A DNA stretch of 64,000 bases, from sequence record LC788706.1; one strand, 5' to 3'. This DNA comes from Escherichia coli phage KS_S14. Of this stretch, positions 53,979-64,000 are shown piece after piece. The position numbers were made by a program, and so were the translations under genes. Within the stretch, counting starts at the first letter, position 1; every line of letters starts with the position of its first letter. The notes beneath the pieces are model-generated. The model was given only the letters and a program-made list of their open reading frames with translations. It did no database searches and was not told where the DNA came from.

Positions 53979-56824
53979 AGAAAATACTAGATAGTGCTAG
54001 AAACTACTTAAAAAATAATAGCAGAATAAAAACTGCTAGTCTAATTTCCCTAGAATTACCTGGCTCTACTGGTACTAGTACTGCTTTTATTTATTTAACT
54101 GATTATTTTAGAGATGTACTATATAATGGTATTTTGTACCAGGCCGGTAAGGTTAAGTCCATTAGCACACATAAACAAAATAGAGATTTATCTATTGGCA
54201 GTCTATCTTTTACTATTACGGGTACAGCGCAGGATGAAGTACTGAAATTAGTGCAGAATGGTGTGTCCTTTTTAGATAGAATAGTAACAATCCACCAAGC
54301 AATTATTACAGAGGATGGTTCTATTTTACCTGTAGACCCAGACACAAATGGCCCTTTATTATACTTTAGAGGGAGAATTACCGGTGGGGGTATTAAGGAC
54401 AACATTAGTACTTCTGGGGTTGGAACCTCCACAATTACTTGGAATTGTTCTAACCAATTCTATGACTTTGATAGGGTTAACGGTAGATTTACTGATGATG
54501 CTTCTCATAGAGGGCTTGAGGTTGTAGCAGGGCAATTAGTTCCATCTAACGGGGCTAAAAGACTTGAGTACCAAGAAGATTATGGGTTCTTTCATGCTAA
54601 TAAAAGTATCTCTATTTTAGCAAAATATCAGGTACAGGAAGAGAGATACAAGCTAAAGTCTAAGAAAAAGCTATTTGGCCTATCTAGAAGCTATAGTCTT
54701 AAAAAGTATTATGAGACTGTTACTAAAGAAGTAGATATAGATTTTAACCTTGCTGCTAAGTATATACCAGTAGTTTATGGTGTACAGAAAATACCAGGAA
54801 TACCTATTTTTGCGGATACGGAACTACACAATCCTAATATAGTTTATGTAGTATACGCCTTTGCTGAAGGGGAGATAGACGGTTTTCTTGACTTTTCCTT
54901 CGGGGATAACCCTATGATTTGTATGGACTCTAATGATAGCTCTGCTAGAACCTGTTTCGGTGTTAAAAAAGTAGCAGGAGACACCATGCAAAGAATAGCA
55001 TCAGGAATATCTTCTAGTAGTCCTTCTGTGCATGGTCAGGAATATAAGTATAATGATGGTAATGGTGATATAAGGATTTGGACTTATCATGGAAAAGCTG
55101 ATCAAACGGCTTCTGAAGTATTAGTAGACATAGCGAAAGAACGTGGGTTCTACCTTCAGAATATGAATGGCAATGGACCGGAGTACTGGGATGCTAGGTA
55201 TAAACTACTAGATACTGCATACGCAGTGGTGCGCTTCACTATTAATGAAAATAGGACTGAGATTCCTGAAGTTAGTGCTGAAATTCAAGGTAAAAAAGTA
55301 AAAGTCTATCATTCTGATGGTAGAGTAACTGCTAATAGTACTAGTTTAAATGGTATTTGGCAAACACTTGACTACTTAACCTCCGATAGATACGGTGCTA
55401 ATATTACCATTGATCAGTTCCCTCTTCAGCAATTAATACAGGAAGCAGCTATTTTAGATATTATAGATGAATCCTATCAGGTATCTTGGCAGCCATATTG
55501 GAGATACGTTGGGTGGACTGATCCACTAGCAGAAAATAGACAAATAGTACAAATGAATACTATTCTGGATACATCTGAATCAGTATTTAAAAATGTGCAA
55601 GGTTTATTAGAGTCCTACGGTGGGGCTATTAACAACTTATCTGGCCAGTACAGGATTACTGTAGAAAAATACTCTAATACTCCATTAGAGATTAATTTTC
55701 TAGATACTTACGGTGATTTGGAGCTATCAGATACTACTGGTAGAAATAAATTCAACTCAGTTCAAGCATCTATCGTAGATCCAGCCCTTAGCTGGAAAAC
55801 TAATTCCATTACATTCTATAACTCCAAGTATAAGGAACAGGACAAGAACCTAGACAAAAAATTACAATTATCTTTTGCAAATATAACTAACTACTATACT
55901 GCTAGAAGTTTTGCAGACAGAGAACTTAAGAAATCTAGGTATTCTAGAACCCTCTCATTTTCTTTACCATATCAATTCATTGGTATTGAGCCTAATGATG
56001 CTATTGCATTTACATACGACCGTTACGGATGGGATAAGAAGTACTTTTTAGTAGATGAAGTCGAAAACTCTAGGGAAGGAAAGATAAATGTTACTCTACA
56101 GGAGTATGGAAAAGATGTATTCATCAACTCTGATCAAGTAGATAATAGTGGTAATGATATACCAGATATTAGTAACAACGTTCTTCCTCCTAGAGATTTT
56201 AAGTATACTCCTACACCCGGTGGCTTAGTTGGTTCTATAGGTAAAAATGGTGAGTTATCCTGGCTTCCGAGTCTAACCAATAATGTAGTTTATTACTCTA
56301 TTGTGCACTCAGGCCATGCCGAACCTTACATAGTACAACAGTTAGAGACCAATCCTAACGAACGTATGATCCAAGAAATAATTGGGGAACCAGCAGGTCT
56401 GGCTATATTTGAGATAAGAGCAGTAGATATTAATGGTAGAAGAAGTTCCCCGGTGACTCTGTCTATAGAACTTAACTCTGCTAAAAACCTTAGTGTAGTA
56501 TCTAATTTTAGGGTAACTAATACTGCTTCTGGAGATGTAACTGAGTTTGTTGGCCCAGATGTAAAACTAGCTTGGGATAGAATACCTGAAGAAGATATAA
56601 TAGAGAGTATATTTTATACACTTGAAATACACGATTCGCAAAATAGGATGTTAAGAAGTGTACGTATTGAAAATCAGTATACTTATGACTATTTATTAAC
56701 ATATAATAAGGCAGACTTTGCTCTCCAGAACAGCGGTGCTCTAGGTATAAATAGAAAATTGTATTTTCGTATTAGGGCTGAAGGGGATGATGGAGAACAG
56801 TCTGTGGAGTGGGCATCCATTTAA
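53975..56824 (+). CDS. baseplate hub / tail tip protein (pb3-like)
   Basis: 949 aa; position after distal tail protein; length matches recalled T5 pb3. Confidence 0.6.
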   Translation: MKKILDSARNYLKNNSRIKTASLISLELPGSTGTSTAFIYLTDYFRDVLYNGILYQAGKVKSISTHKQNRDLSIGSLSFTITGTAQDEVLKLVQNGVSFLDRIVTIHQAIITEDGSILPVDPDTNGPLLYFRGRITGGGIKDNISTSGVGTSTITWNCSNQFYDFDRVNGRFTDDASHRGLEVVAGQLVPSNGAKRLEYQEDYGFFHANKSISILAKYQVQEERYKLKSKKKLFGLSRSYSLKKYYETVTKEVDIDFNLAAKYIPVVYGVQKIPGIPIFADTELHNPNIVYVVYAFAEGEIDGFLDFSFGDNPMICMDSNDSSARTCFGVKKVAGDTMQRIASGISSSSPSVHGQEYKYNDGNGDIRIWTYHGKADQTASEVLVDIAKERGFYLQNMNGNGPEYWDARYKLLDTAYAVVRFTINENRTEIPEVSAEIQGKKVKVYHSDGRVTANSTSLNGIWQTLDYLTSDRYGANITIDQFPLQQLIQEAAILDIIDESYQVSWQPYWRYVGWTDPLAENRQIVQMNTILDTSESVFKNVQGLLESYGGAINNLSGQYRITVEKYSNTPLEINFLDTYGDLELSDTTGRNKFNSVQASIVDPALSWKTNSITFYNSKYKEQDKNLDKKLQLSFANITNYYTARSFADRELKKSRYSRTLSFSLPYQFIGIEPNDAIAFTYDRYGWDKKYFLVDEVENSREGKINVTLQEYGKDVFINSDQVDNSGNDIPDISNNVLPPRDFKYTPTPGGLVGSIGKNGELSWLPSLTNNVVYYSIVHSGHAEPYIVQQLETNPNERMIQEIIGEPAGLAIFEIRAVDINGRRSSPVTLSIELNSAKNLSVVSNFRVTNTASGDVTEFVGPDVKLAWDRIPEEDIIESIFYTLEIHDSQNRMLRSVRIENQYTYDYLLTYNKADFALQNSGALGINRKLYFRIRAEGDDGEQSVEWASI

Positions 56825-58881
56825 TGATTTCAAATAATGCACCAGCCAAAATGGTCTTAAATAGTATAATGACTGGATATACTTTGGCTTATGTCCAGCA
56901 CTCCATTTATACTGATTATGATGTTATTGGTAGATCTTTTTGGTTAAAAATAGGAGAAAGTATAGATAGACGTGATTACACCGGTATAGATACTTTCTTC
57001 GTAATGATTAATAATTTAACCCCCTCTACCTCCTATGAGATTCAGGGGGCTTTCTATGACTCAATTATTGACTCAGAGTTACTAGAAGCTAAGATTGGTA
57101 TCAACCTCTCTAATGAAACTAACTTTAGAACAAAGGAAAAGCCAATAATTACTGCAGCAAGATCTGAATCAGAACCCGTTGACGTTGGTGTTGGTGCTCC
57201 AATAGTTGTTGTAGAGACTGCTGGTGAGGCTAGTTACTGCACTATTGAATTAAAAAGTACTGCATCAGAAGATAGTGAATGGGTTAAATATTACATAGGA
57301 GCACTGGGACCTACTATCAAATTTGGTGGTGTTCCTGTTGGCAACTATAAGATCAGAATATCTGGTCAAGTTACTATGCCAGATGGTGTTACAGTTGACT
57401 CATCTGGCTATTATGAATATCCTAGCGTTTTCACTGTAGCTTATAATTTCGTACCACCTACTGCACCTACTAACATTGACTTTAAAGCTGCACGAATCGC
57501 AGACGGTAAGGAACGATATGATGTTAGAATAGAGTGGGACTGGGAACGTGGTGCTGGTGCTAATGTCCGTGAATTTCTGGTTACTTATATAAACTCTGAA
57601 GAATATTCTAAGACTGGCTGGGCTAAAGCTCAAAAGATAAACGTTGGTGCTGCCAGAGCCGCAACGATTATATCATTCCCATGGAAAGTTGAGCATACTT
57701 TTAAGGTATCATCAATTGCCTGGGGACCAAATAAGCAAGATATAGCAGAATCAGCTCCTGTAACGTTTATACTTAATGAAGATACTCCTCTAGACAACAG
57801 CTTTGTCAATGAGACTGGTATTGATGTTAACTATGCCTTTATTAAGGGCAGCATGAAAGATGGAGAAATCTGGAGACAGACATTCTTAATCGACGCAGCT
57901 ACTGGTGCTATTAACATTGGTCTGCTAGATGAAGAAGGAAAAGCACCTATTTCTTTTGACCCTATAAACCGTGTTGTTAACGTTGATGGTAAAGTAATTA
58001 CTAGAGATATTAATGCTGCGAACTTTATCATGACTAACTTATCTGGTAAGGATAATCCAGCAATTTACACTCAAGGTAAATCTTGGGGTGATAATAACTC
58101 CGGTATTTGGATGGGTATGGATAATACTTCTGCCAAAGCTAAACTAGACATTGGTAACGCCACACAATGGATACGTTATGATGGTGATGTGCTACGTATT
58201 TCTAGTGGAGTAGTTATTGGAACTCCTAATGGCGATGTAGATCTGGGTACTGGTATGCAAGGTAAGCAAACAGTATTTGTTTATAAGTTAGCAACATCTC
58301 TACCTGCTAAACCACTAGAACAAGATTATCCGCCTCCTGGTTGGTCAAAAACTCCACCTAACCGTACAGATATGACACAAAATATCTATACCACTACAGG
58401 TACGCTTGATCCAGTTACTAATAGGTTATTAGAGGGTACTAGCTGGTCGGATGTAGTTCAGTGGAGTGGTACTGAAGGTACTATAGGGCATGATGGACAA
58501 CGTGGTCCTGGGATGTATTCTGTAGGTATAGCAGGTTTAGGTGGTTGGGATGATGGACAAGCTAATTCCTTCTTTCAAAGTAACTTCGGTTCTCCACCAG
58601 TTAAATACGATGTATTAACTGAATTTAATAGTAATGCCCCCCAATCAGCATTTACAAGGCAATGGAATGGGTCTGGTTGGGTTAACCCTGCAATGGTTCT
58701 CCATGGAAACATGATTGTTAATGGGACGGTGACGGCAGATAAAATTGTAGCAGGAAATGCTTTCTTATCTCAGATCGGTGTTAACATCATTTATGATAGG
58801 AATGCTGCATTATCGGGAAACCCTGAGGCATACTACAAGATGAAGATAGACCTAAATAGTGGGTATATCCATATAAGGTAA
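56809..58881 (+). CDS. central tail fibre / tail tip protein (pb4-like)
   Basis: 690 aa following baseplate hub. Confidence 0.55.
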   Translation: MGIHLMISNNAPAKMVLNSIMTGYTLAYVQHSIYTDYDVIGRSFWLKIGESIDRRDYTGIDTFFVMINNLTPSTSYEIQGAFYDSIIDSELLEAKIGINLSNETNFRTKEKPIITAARSESEPVDVGVGAPIVVVETAGEASYCTIELKSTASEDSEWVKYYIGALGPTIKFGGVPVGNYKIRISGQVTMPDGVTVDSSGYYEYPSVFTVAYNFVPPTAPTNIDFKAARIADGKERYDVRIEWDWERGAGANVREFLVTYINSEEYSKTGWAKAQKINVGAARAATIISFPWKVEHTFKVSSIAWGPNKQDIAESAPVTFILNEDTPLDNSFVNETGIDVNYAFIKGSMKDGEIWRQTFLIDAATGAINIGLLDEEGKAPISFDPINRVVNVDGKVITRDINAANFIMTNLSGKDNPAIYTQGKSWGDNNSGIWMGMDNTSAKAKLDIGNATQWIRYDGDVLRISSGVVIGTPNGDVDLGTGMQGKQTVFVYKLATSLPAKPLEQDYPPPGWSKTPPNRTDMTQNIYTTTGTLDPVTNRLLEGTSWSDVVQWSGTEGTIGHDGQRGPGMYSVGIAGLGGWDDGQANSFFQSNFGSPPVKYDVLTEFNSNAPQSAFTRQWNGSGWVNPAMVLHGNMIVNGTVTADKIVAGNAFLSQIGVNIIYDRNAALSGNPEAYYKMKIDLNSGYIHIR

Positions 58882-58887
58882 TAAATA

Positions 58888-59310
58888 ATGAGTACTGAAA
58901 ATAGAGTTATAGACTTAGTAATAGATGAAAAAGTACCTTATGGTCTAATGATGCAATTCTTAGATGTTGATGATAGTACTTATCCACCTACAAATACCCC
59001 TGTTAACTTAACAGGGTATTCCCTAAGGGGTACTATAAAGGCGGGGCTTGATGAGAACGCGGAAACTTTGGCATCTTTTACTACTAAAATTATTGATGCT
59101 GCTCAAGGTGCTATAGCTATAAGTTTACCTGTAGAGGCGGTAGATAATATTGGTGAAAAAGCTACCAAAGAGAGAGATAAGTATAACCCTCGCCAACGTT
59201 TTGCAGGATACTATGATATAATTATGACACGAGATGTCATAGGATCAGCTATTAGCTCTTTTCGTATAATGGAGGGTAAAGTATTTATCAGTGATGGGGT
59301 AACTAGATAA
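58888..59310 (+). CDS. collar protein candidate (p132-like)
   Basis: 140 aa between pb4-like and fibre genes. Confidence 0.4.
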   Translation: MSTENRVIDLVIDEKVPYGLMMQFLDVDDSTYPPTNTPVNLTGYSLRGTIKAGLDENAETLASFTTKIIDAAQGAIAISLPVEAVDNIGEKATKERDKYNPRQRFAGYYDIIMTRDVIGSAISSFRIMEGKVFISDGVTR

Positions 59311-60983
59311 TGGCAATAACTACTAAGATTATTGTACAACAAATATTAAATATTGATGATACTAAAGCTACTGCTAGTAAATTTCCTAGATACACAGTAA
59401 CTCTTGGAAATTCTATTAGCTCTATTACTGCTAATGAGTTAGTATCTTCTATAGAGGCTGCTGCTAAATCTGCTGCGGCTGCAAAAGATTCTGAAATAGC
59501 TGCTAAAACCTCAGAACTTAATGCTAAGAACTCTGAACAGAAAGCTGCTATTTCTGCTACTGAAGCAGGAAAACAAGCTACTAATGCTGCTAATAGTGCT
59601 AATACTGCTAAAACTGAAGCCGATCGTTCAAAAACTGAGGCTGATAGATCAGAAGCTGCTGCTAATTCTACCCCCGACATTCAACCTCTTCCAGATGTAT
59701 GGATACCGTTTAACGATTCTCTAGATATGATCACCGGCTTTGCGCCAGGCTATAAAAAAATAACAGTCGGTGATGAGGAAATAACACTGCCCAGTGACAA
59801 GATTGTTAGCTTTACACGTGCATCAACTGCGACATATATTAATAAATCAGGTGTATTAACTGTTGCGGGGATTGATGAACCTAGATTTGAAAAGGATGGT
59901 TTGCTCATTGAGGGGCAAAGAACTAACTATCATCTTAACTCACTTACGCCATCTAAGTGGGGAGCTACAACAAGTGTAACTATAACAGAAAGTGGTGTTG
60001 ATGAGTTTGGATTTACTTATGGGCGGTTTCAAATAAAGGACGAAAAAATTGGGACAAATACGGCAATGAATATCGCTGCGATTTCAGGAGGAAGAGGTGT
60101 CGATGTTACCGGAACTGAAAAGTATGTTACAACATCATGTCGTGTAAAAAGCGATAGTGCTAATATACAATGTCGTATAAGATTTGAAAGATATGACGGA
60201 TCCGCATATTTTTATCTAGCAGATGCATATCTTAATATAACAGATATGTCCATTAGAAAAACGGGAGTAGGGGCTGCAAGAATAACCGCCCGAGCGGAGA
60301 AAGAATCTAATGGATGGATTTATTTCGAGGTTACATATCAATCTGAAGCTATTGATAATATGGTTGGCTCTCAGATCCAAATTGCTCCACCTGTTTCACC
60401 TGGCACTTATTCTGGTGGAGAGTACTTACAGGTAGCTACCCCTCAAGTTGAAGGCGGGGCGTGCGCTTCATCGTTTATTATTACAGAAGCGACTCCAGTA
60501 ACACGGGCAAGCGATATGGTCACATTACCAATAAAAAACAACCTTTACAATTTGCCGTTTACAGTACTTGTGGAAGCTCATAAAAACTGGAGTATAACGC
60601 CAAATGCAGCGCCACGTGTTTTTGATACCAGCGGTCATCAAACCGGAGCGGCTATTATTCTTGCTTTCGGATCTGCCGAAGGCGATAATGATGGTTTCCC
60701 TTATTGCGATATAGGTAAATCAAACAGAAGGGTTTACGAGAATGCAAAACTAAAAAAGATGATCATGGGAATGAGAGTAAAGAGTGATTACAATACTTGC
60801 TGTGTAAGTAATGCCAGAATATCAAGCGAAACAAAAACGGAATGGAGATACATACAATCAACGGCTACTATAAGGATTGGAGGACAAACAACTACGGGCG
60901 GACGTCATCTTTTCGGGCACGTTAGAAACTTTAGAATCTGGCATAAGGAACTAACTGATAGACAAATGAAGGAGTATGTATGA
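59310..60983 (+). CDS. tail fibre protein with Ala-rich coiled-coil N-terminus and distinct C-terminal domain
   Basis: 557 aa; N-terminal AAAKSAAAAKDSEIAAK coiled coil; C-terminal half has different composition. Confidence 0.55.
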   Translation: MAITTKIIVQQILNIDDTKATASKFPRYTVTLGNSISSITANELVSSIEAAAKSAAAAKDSEIAAKTSELNAKNSEQKAAISATEAGKQATNAANSANTAKTEADRSKTEADRSEAAANSTPDIQPLPDVWIPFNDSLDMITGFAPGYKKITVGDEEITLPSDKIVSFTRASTATYINKSGVLTVAGIDEPRFEKDGLLIEGQRTNYHLNSLTPSKWGATTSVTITESGVDEFGFTYGRFQIKDEKIGTNTAMNIAAISGGRGVDVTGTEKYVTTSCRVKSDSANIQCRIRFERYDGSAYFYLADAYLNITDMSIRKTGVGAARITARAEKESNGWIYFEVTYQSEAIDNMVGSQIQIAPPVSPGTYSGGEYLQVATPQVEGGACASSFIITEATPVTRASDMVTLPIKNNLYNLPFTVLVEAHKNWSITPNAAPRVFDTSGHQTGAAIILAFGSAEGDNDGFPYCDIGKSNRRVYENAKLKKMIMGMRVKSDYNTCCVSNARISSETKTEWRYIQSTATIRIGGQTTTGGRHLFGHVRNFRIWHKELTDRQMKEYV

Positions 60984-61258
60984 GAGATATAATCCTAAAA
61001 TTCACGGATAAATCAGCATATAAAGATTTTCTCTTAAAAATAGAGTGGGATACTAATGAAAATTTGCAAAACCAAATAATGCTTGACGAAATTGGATATA
61101 CTTATACTGAAATCTCTCCGCTAGGTGATGAGGAACCTAGATGCATCCGTAATGAAGGGTATTATATTAATGTAAGGATTCTTGATGAATCCTTTACTTA
61201 CGAATCCTTCGAGCCTTTTATAGTTCAGCTAGAACAGCCTCTTAGAGTATGGGCATAA
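60980..61258 (+). CDS. hypothetical protein, possible fibre assembly factor
   Basis: 92 aa between two fibre genes. Confidence 0.4.
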   Translation: MRDIILKFTDKSAYKDFLLKIEWDTNENLQNQIMLDEIGYTYTEISPLGDEEPRCIRNEGYYINVRILDESFTYESFEPFIVQLEQPLRVWA

Positions 61259-61267
61259 GGTTTTATA

Positions 61268-63036
61268 ATGGTAACTAAAACAGTAATTCCTACGGATATT
61301 ACAAAACTTAAAAATGAGTCACTTAATAAAAATAATAACCTGAGTGACTTAGCAGACCGTGCAGCAGCATGGCTAAATGTGCGTCCTATTGGATCTACCC
61401 CTCTTGCTGGAGATCCTGTTAGTGACTATGATGCCGCAACTAAGCGTTGGGTGGAGAACAAACTTAATACTGGCACAGTAGGACCCACAATGAATGGTGT
61501 TATGAACTACGGGGTGGGGGATTTTCATCTTCGAGATAGCCGTGCGTATATTCAACCTTATGAGGTAGTTTCTGATGGGCAGCTTCTTAACAGGGCTGAC
61601 TGGCCTGAACTTTGGGCGTATGCACAAATGGTTGGAGCTATAGATGATTCAGTTTGGTTAGCAGATGTAGGACAACGTGGGAAATATTCTACGGGAGATG
61701 GTACCACTACTTTCCGCGTCCCAGATCGTAATGGTGTGCAACTAAATTCAATCAAAGGGTTATTCGCTCGTGGTGACGGTGGGGGGATGCTGGTCAAGCT
61801 GGTTCAATATCAGAAGCTGCAGCACCCAATATTACTGGTAGTTTTCCTGGCGCTATTGCTGGTGCATATGAAGAAGCGCTTAATAGATATTCATCTAGAT
61901 TTGGTCTTATTGGGGCGATTGGTGGTGAAAACGGCTTAGGTGCCGCTCCTGGAGGTGCATCTAAATCATTCGCCGTAGTTAATCCTGATAACCAATACGG
62001 ATTTAGTTTTGATGCAAACTTAGCGGACCCTGTTTATGGGCGTTATGGAATAAAAGGTACTATTATTCCAAACAGCTTTATAGGTGTCTGGGTAATCCGT
62101 GCTTCTGGTGGGTTCGTGGCTGCAAAGACTTCGTGGAGTGTTATTAGTGGTGATGCTGTCAAACCTAATACTGGTACTACTGTTTATGGCGGGAGTGTAC
62201 TATCTGAGTATAAAGTAGGTACTAGTAGTGAGGCTGTAAGTACACTACGAGCTAAAGCTACTATTGGTGGCACCTACTCTACTGAACTACTAATAGACAA
62301 TAAATCTACCGGTAAATCGAATTCCGCCCAGCTTGTAGATAATGGGGATTTTGTAACGGATCGTTTTAAAGCTAGATTAGTTACTGGCATGGCGTGGTCT
62401 CAGACTGGCTGGGTACAAGGTACTCTTTCTCAGAACGAGGTCAATATAGGTAGTACATTTAACTTTAATAGTATATTGAGCGGTTCCCAGTCTTCTTCCG
62501 CAGGGTATAAGACATCTGCACATTTTGGATTAATTCATAATGACTTAGGCTCATTTGCAGATTCTTGTTGGCAGGTAGCGGGAGATGATGATAATAAATT
62601 TGGTGTGCGTTTAAAAATTCAGCCGAATAATAATAGTATTTATTTTTATTCTTGGTGGCCAGGTGCTTCAGCAACCTATACTTTGCAATTAAATGCTGTA
62701 TCTGATTCTCGCTTAAAGCATGATATTAAGGCTATAGACGCAACTAAGTCCATCGAGGTATTAAAAGGATTAGAATTCCAATCCTTTGTATATAATAACG
62801 ATGAAAAATCTCGTGTCCGACGTGGGGTTATTGCTCAGCAAGTAGAGACTATAGAACCACTTTATGTAAAAACTAGAAAATTTTATAATGATGACGGAAT
62901 AGAGCAGGAGCAAAAGGAATTAGATACAACTCCAATGCTTCTTGACACTATGCATGTTGTGCAAGATCTTATTAAACGGATTGAAGATCTAGAGAAAGAG
63001 CTTGAGCAATTAAAGGTACAATTAGTATCACAATAA
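61268..63036 (+). CDS. L-shaped tail fibre-like protein with C-terminal intramolecular-chaperone domain; interrupted by frameshift at G6 run 61781-61786
   Basis: Frame 2 ORF 61268..61939 and frame 1 ORF opening after TGA at 61774 join at GGGGGG; C-terminus SDSRLKHDIKAID...GVIAQQVE...LEKELEQLK resembles self-cleaving chaperone domain. Confidence 0.5.
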
Positions 63037-63037
63037 A

Positions 63038-63078
63038 AGAAAACCCCAGTGGACAAAATCCACTGGGGTTTATTATTT
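63038..63078. terminator. bidirectional rho-independent terminator between convergent genes
   Basis: Stem ccccagtgga...tccactgggg flanked by A-run upstream and T-run downstream. Confidence 0.7.
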
Positions 63079-63092
63079 ATTTTATATGTAGA

Positions 63093-63539
63093 TTACTTAC
63101 TTCCTGAACTTCCAAATCCTCCTTCTCCACGTACAGTCTCTTCTAACTCATCAACGATTTCAAAATTATGAGTTGAGTAATGTGGCAATACCACTAGCTG
63201 ACAAAGTCTCTCGAAATTCTCCAGAGTTTGCATTTCAGAACCGTAATTATAGAGGTTCATCTTAATAGTACCACGATAGTCTGAGTCGATCACCCCTGCG
63301 GTGTTTGCAATCATCAAATAGCGCTTACCTAAAGAGCTACGAGGAACCACCAAACCGAACCAACCTCGCGGAATTTCTACCGCGACACCGGTGTCAATCA
63401 TTAGGGATTTGCCTGGCGCAATAGCACGTAAATCTGCGGCAGGGTTTGTACCAAAGAATGCTCGCAGATCCATACCTGCGGCATCTTCGGAACCAATCTT
63501 AGGCATACAATCTGGATTAGTTAATTTAATTTTAATCAT
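63093..63539 (-). CDS. dut: dUTPase
   Basis: 148 aa; motifs AAGMDL, RSSLG, GVIDSDYRG and C-terminal RGEGGFGSSG. Confidence 0.85.
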   Translation of the reverse strand: MIKIKLTNPDCMPKIGSEDAAGMDLRAFFGTNPAADLRAIAPGKSLMIDTGVAVEIPRGWFGLVVPRSSLGKRYLMIANTAGVIDSDYRGTIKMNLYNYGSEMQTLENFERLCQLVVLPHYSTHNFEIVDELEETVRGEGGFGSSGSK

Positions 63540-64000
63540 TGTTCTGCAATCTCCAAAATATCTTTTGTAAACTTATCTAATACATCTTGACCTACAGCAG
63601 CAATAGCGTCCACACAGTAGGTAGGTAAATCAACTAAAATTAGGTTTCGATAAAGCAATTCTTCCGAAGCATTTAAATTCTGTATATATTTCTGTTTTCC
63701 AGGTAGTGGAAGCTGATCAATAATATCCAGAACGTTACCAAATTCACGAATAATATTATACCCGCGTTTTGCCCCAATACCTTCAACACCACGGATATTA
63801 TCCCCTAAATCACCCATAATTGCTTTCAGAGAGATAAACTGCTCTACATCGTCAACATTATGGTGCTCATACATATCACGAAGATGATATTCACGACGTG
63901 TTGTAAAAGAGAAGCGAGAAACTTTATCAGTTAATAAAGTATCCCAGTCACCATCGGTAGAAATTAGCCAAACATGATCATATAGATGCCCAATCAGCTT
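63536..64000 (-). CDS. 5'-3' flap endonuclease (D15-like), 3' portion; gene continues beyond window
   Basis: C-terminal H3TH-like region LGDNIRGVEGIGAKRG; open frame continues to window edge. Confidence 0.65.
   Translation of the reverse strand, partial: KLIGHLYDHVWLISTDGDWDTLLTDKVSRFSFTTRREYHLRDMYEHHNVDDVEQFISLKAIMGDLGDNIRGVEGIGAKRGYNIIREFGNVLDIIDQLPLPGKQKYIQNLNASEELLYRNLILVDLPTYCVDAIAAVGQDVLDKFTKDILEIAEQ

Noticed and set aside
59303-59680. Minus-strand ORF (125 aa, Ala-rich)
   Set aside because: Antisense to the Ala-rich coiled-coil coding region of the fibre gene; this codon bias produces a spurious open frame.

Overview
This window reads as a T5-like (Demerecviridae) lytic phage genome segment, identified by gene order and protein lengths recalled from memory; no database search was possible. 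Layout: (1) 1-6.9 kb, an early tRNA island with about 18 tRNA genes interleaved with small ORFs, T5orf172/GIY-YIG-like and HNH homing-endonuclease-like genes, strong sigma70-type promoters and several non-tRNA structured-RNA candidates; (2) 6.9-23.8 kb, early genes on the + strand, including a GrcA-like glycyl-radical protein, a ClpP-like protease, a P-loop kinase, holin and endolysin, an overlapped spanin-like pair, a thioredoxin-like protein and two metallophosphoesterases; (3) 23.8-35.9 kb, a terminal-repeat/pre-early-like region: a 1.8 kb non-coding repeat field (8 copies of a 14-bp iteron, DnaA boxes, SOS-box-like palindromes), a 3.7 kb minus-strand block of unknown genes bracketed by about 40-bp inverted repeats, then a + strand operon with an A1-like metallophosphoesterase (556 aa) and a HAD-family Dmp-like 5'-deoxyribonucleotidase (244 aa), plus a minus-strand cluster of tiny membrane proteins; (4) 35.6-63.0 kb, the late structural module: Llp-like lipoprotein, receptor-binding-protein candidate, terminase, portal, decoration, protease, major capsid, tail tube, tape measure (1226 aa), distal tail, baseplate hub, pb4-like, collar, and two tail-fibre genes, one interrupted by a frameshift at a G6 run; (5) 63.1-64.0 kb, minus-strand dUTPase and the 3' part of a flap endonuclease. 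No CRISPR array, integrase or rRNA was seen. The most unusual material is the repeat and inverted-repeat architecture with unknown genes at 23.8-29.8 kb, and the promoter-driven non-tRNA RNAs inside the tRNA island. All coordinates and tRNA folds were worked by hand and need tool confirmation.
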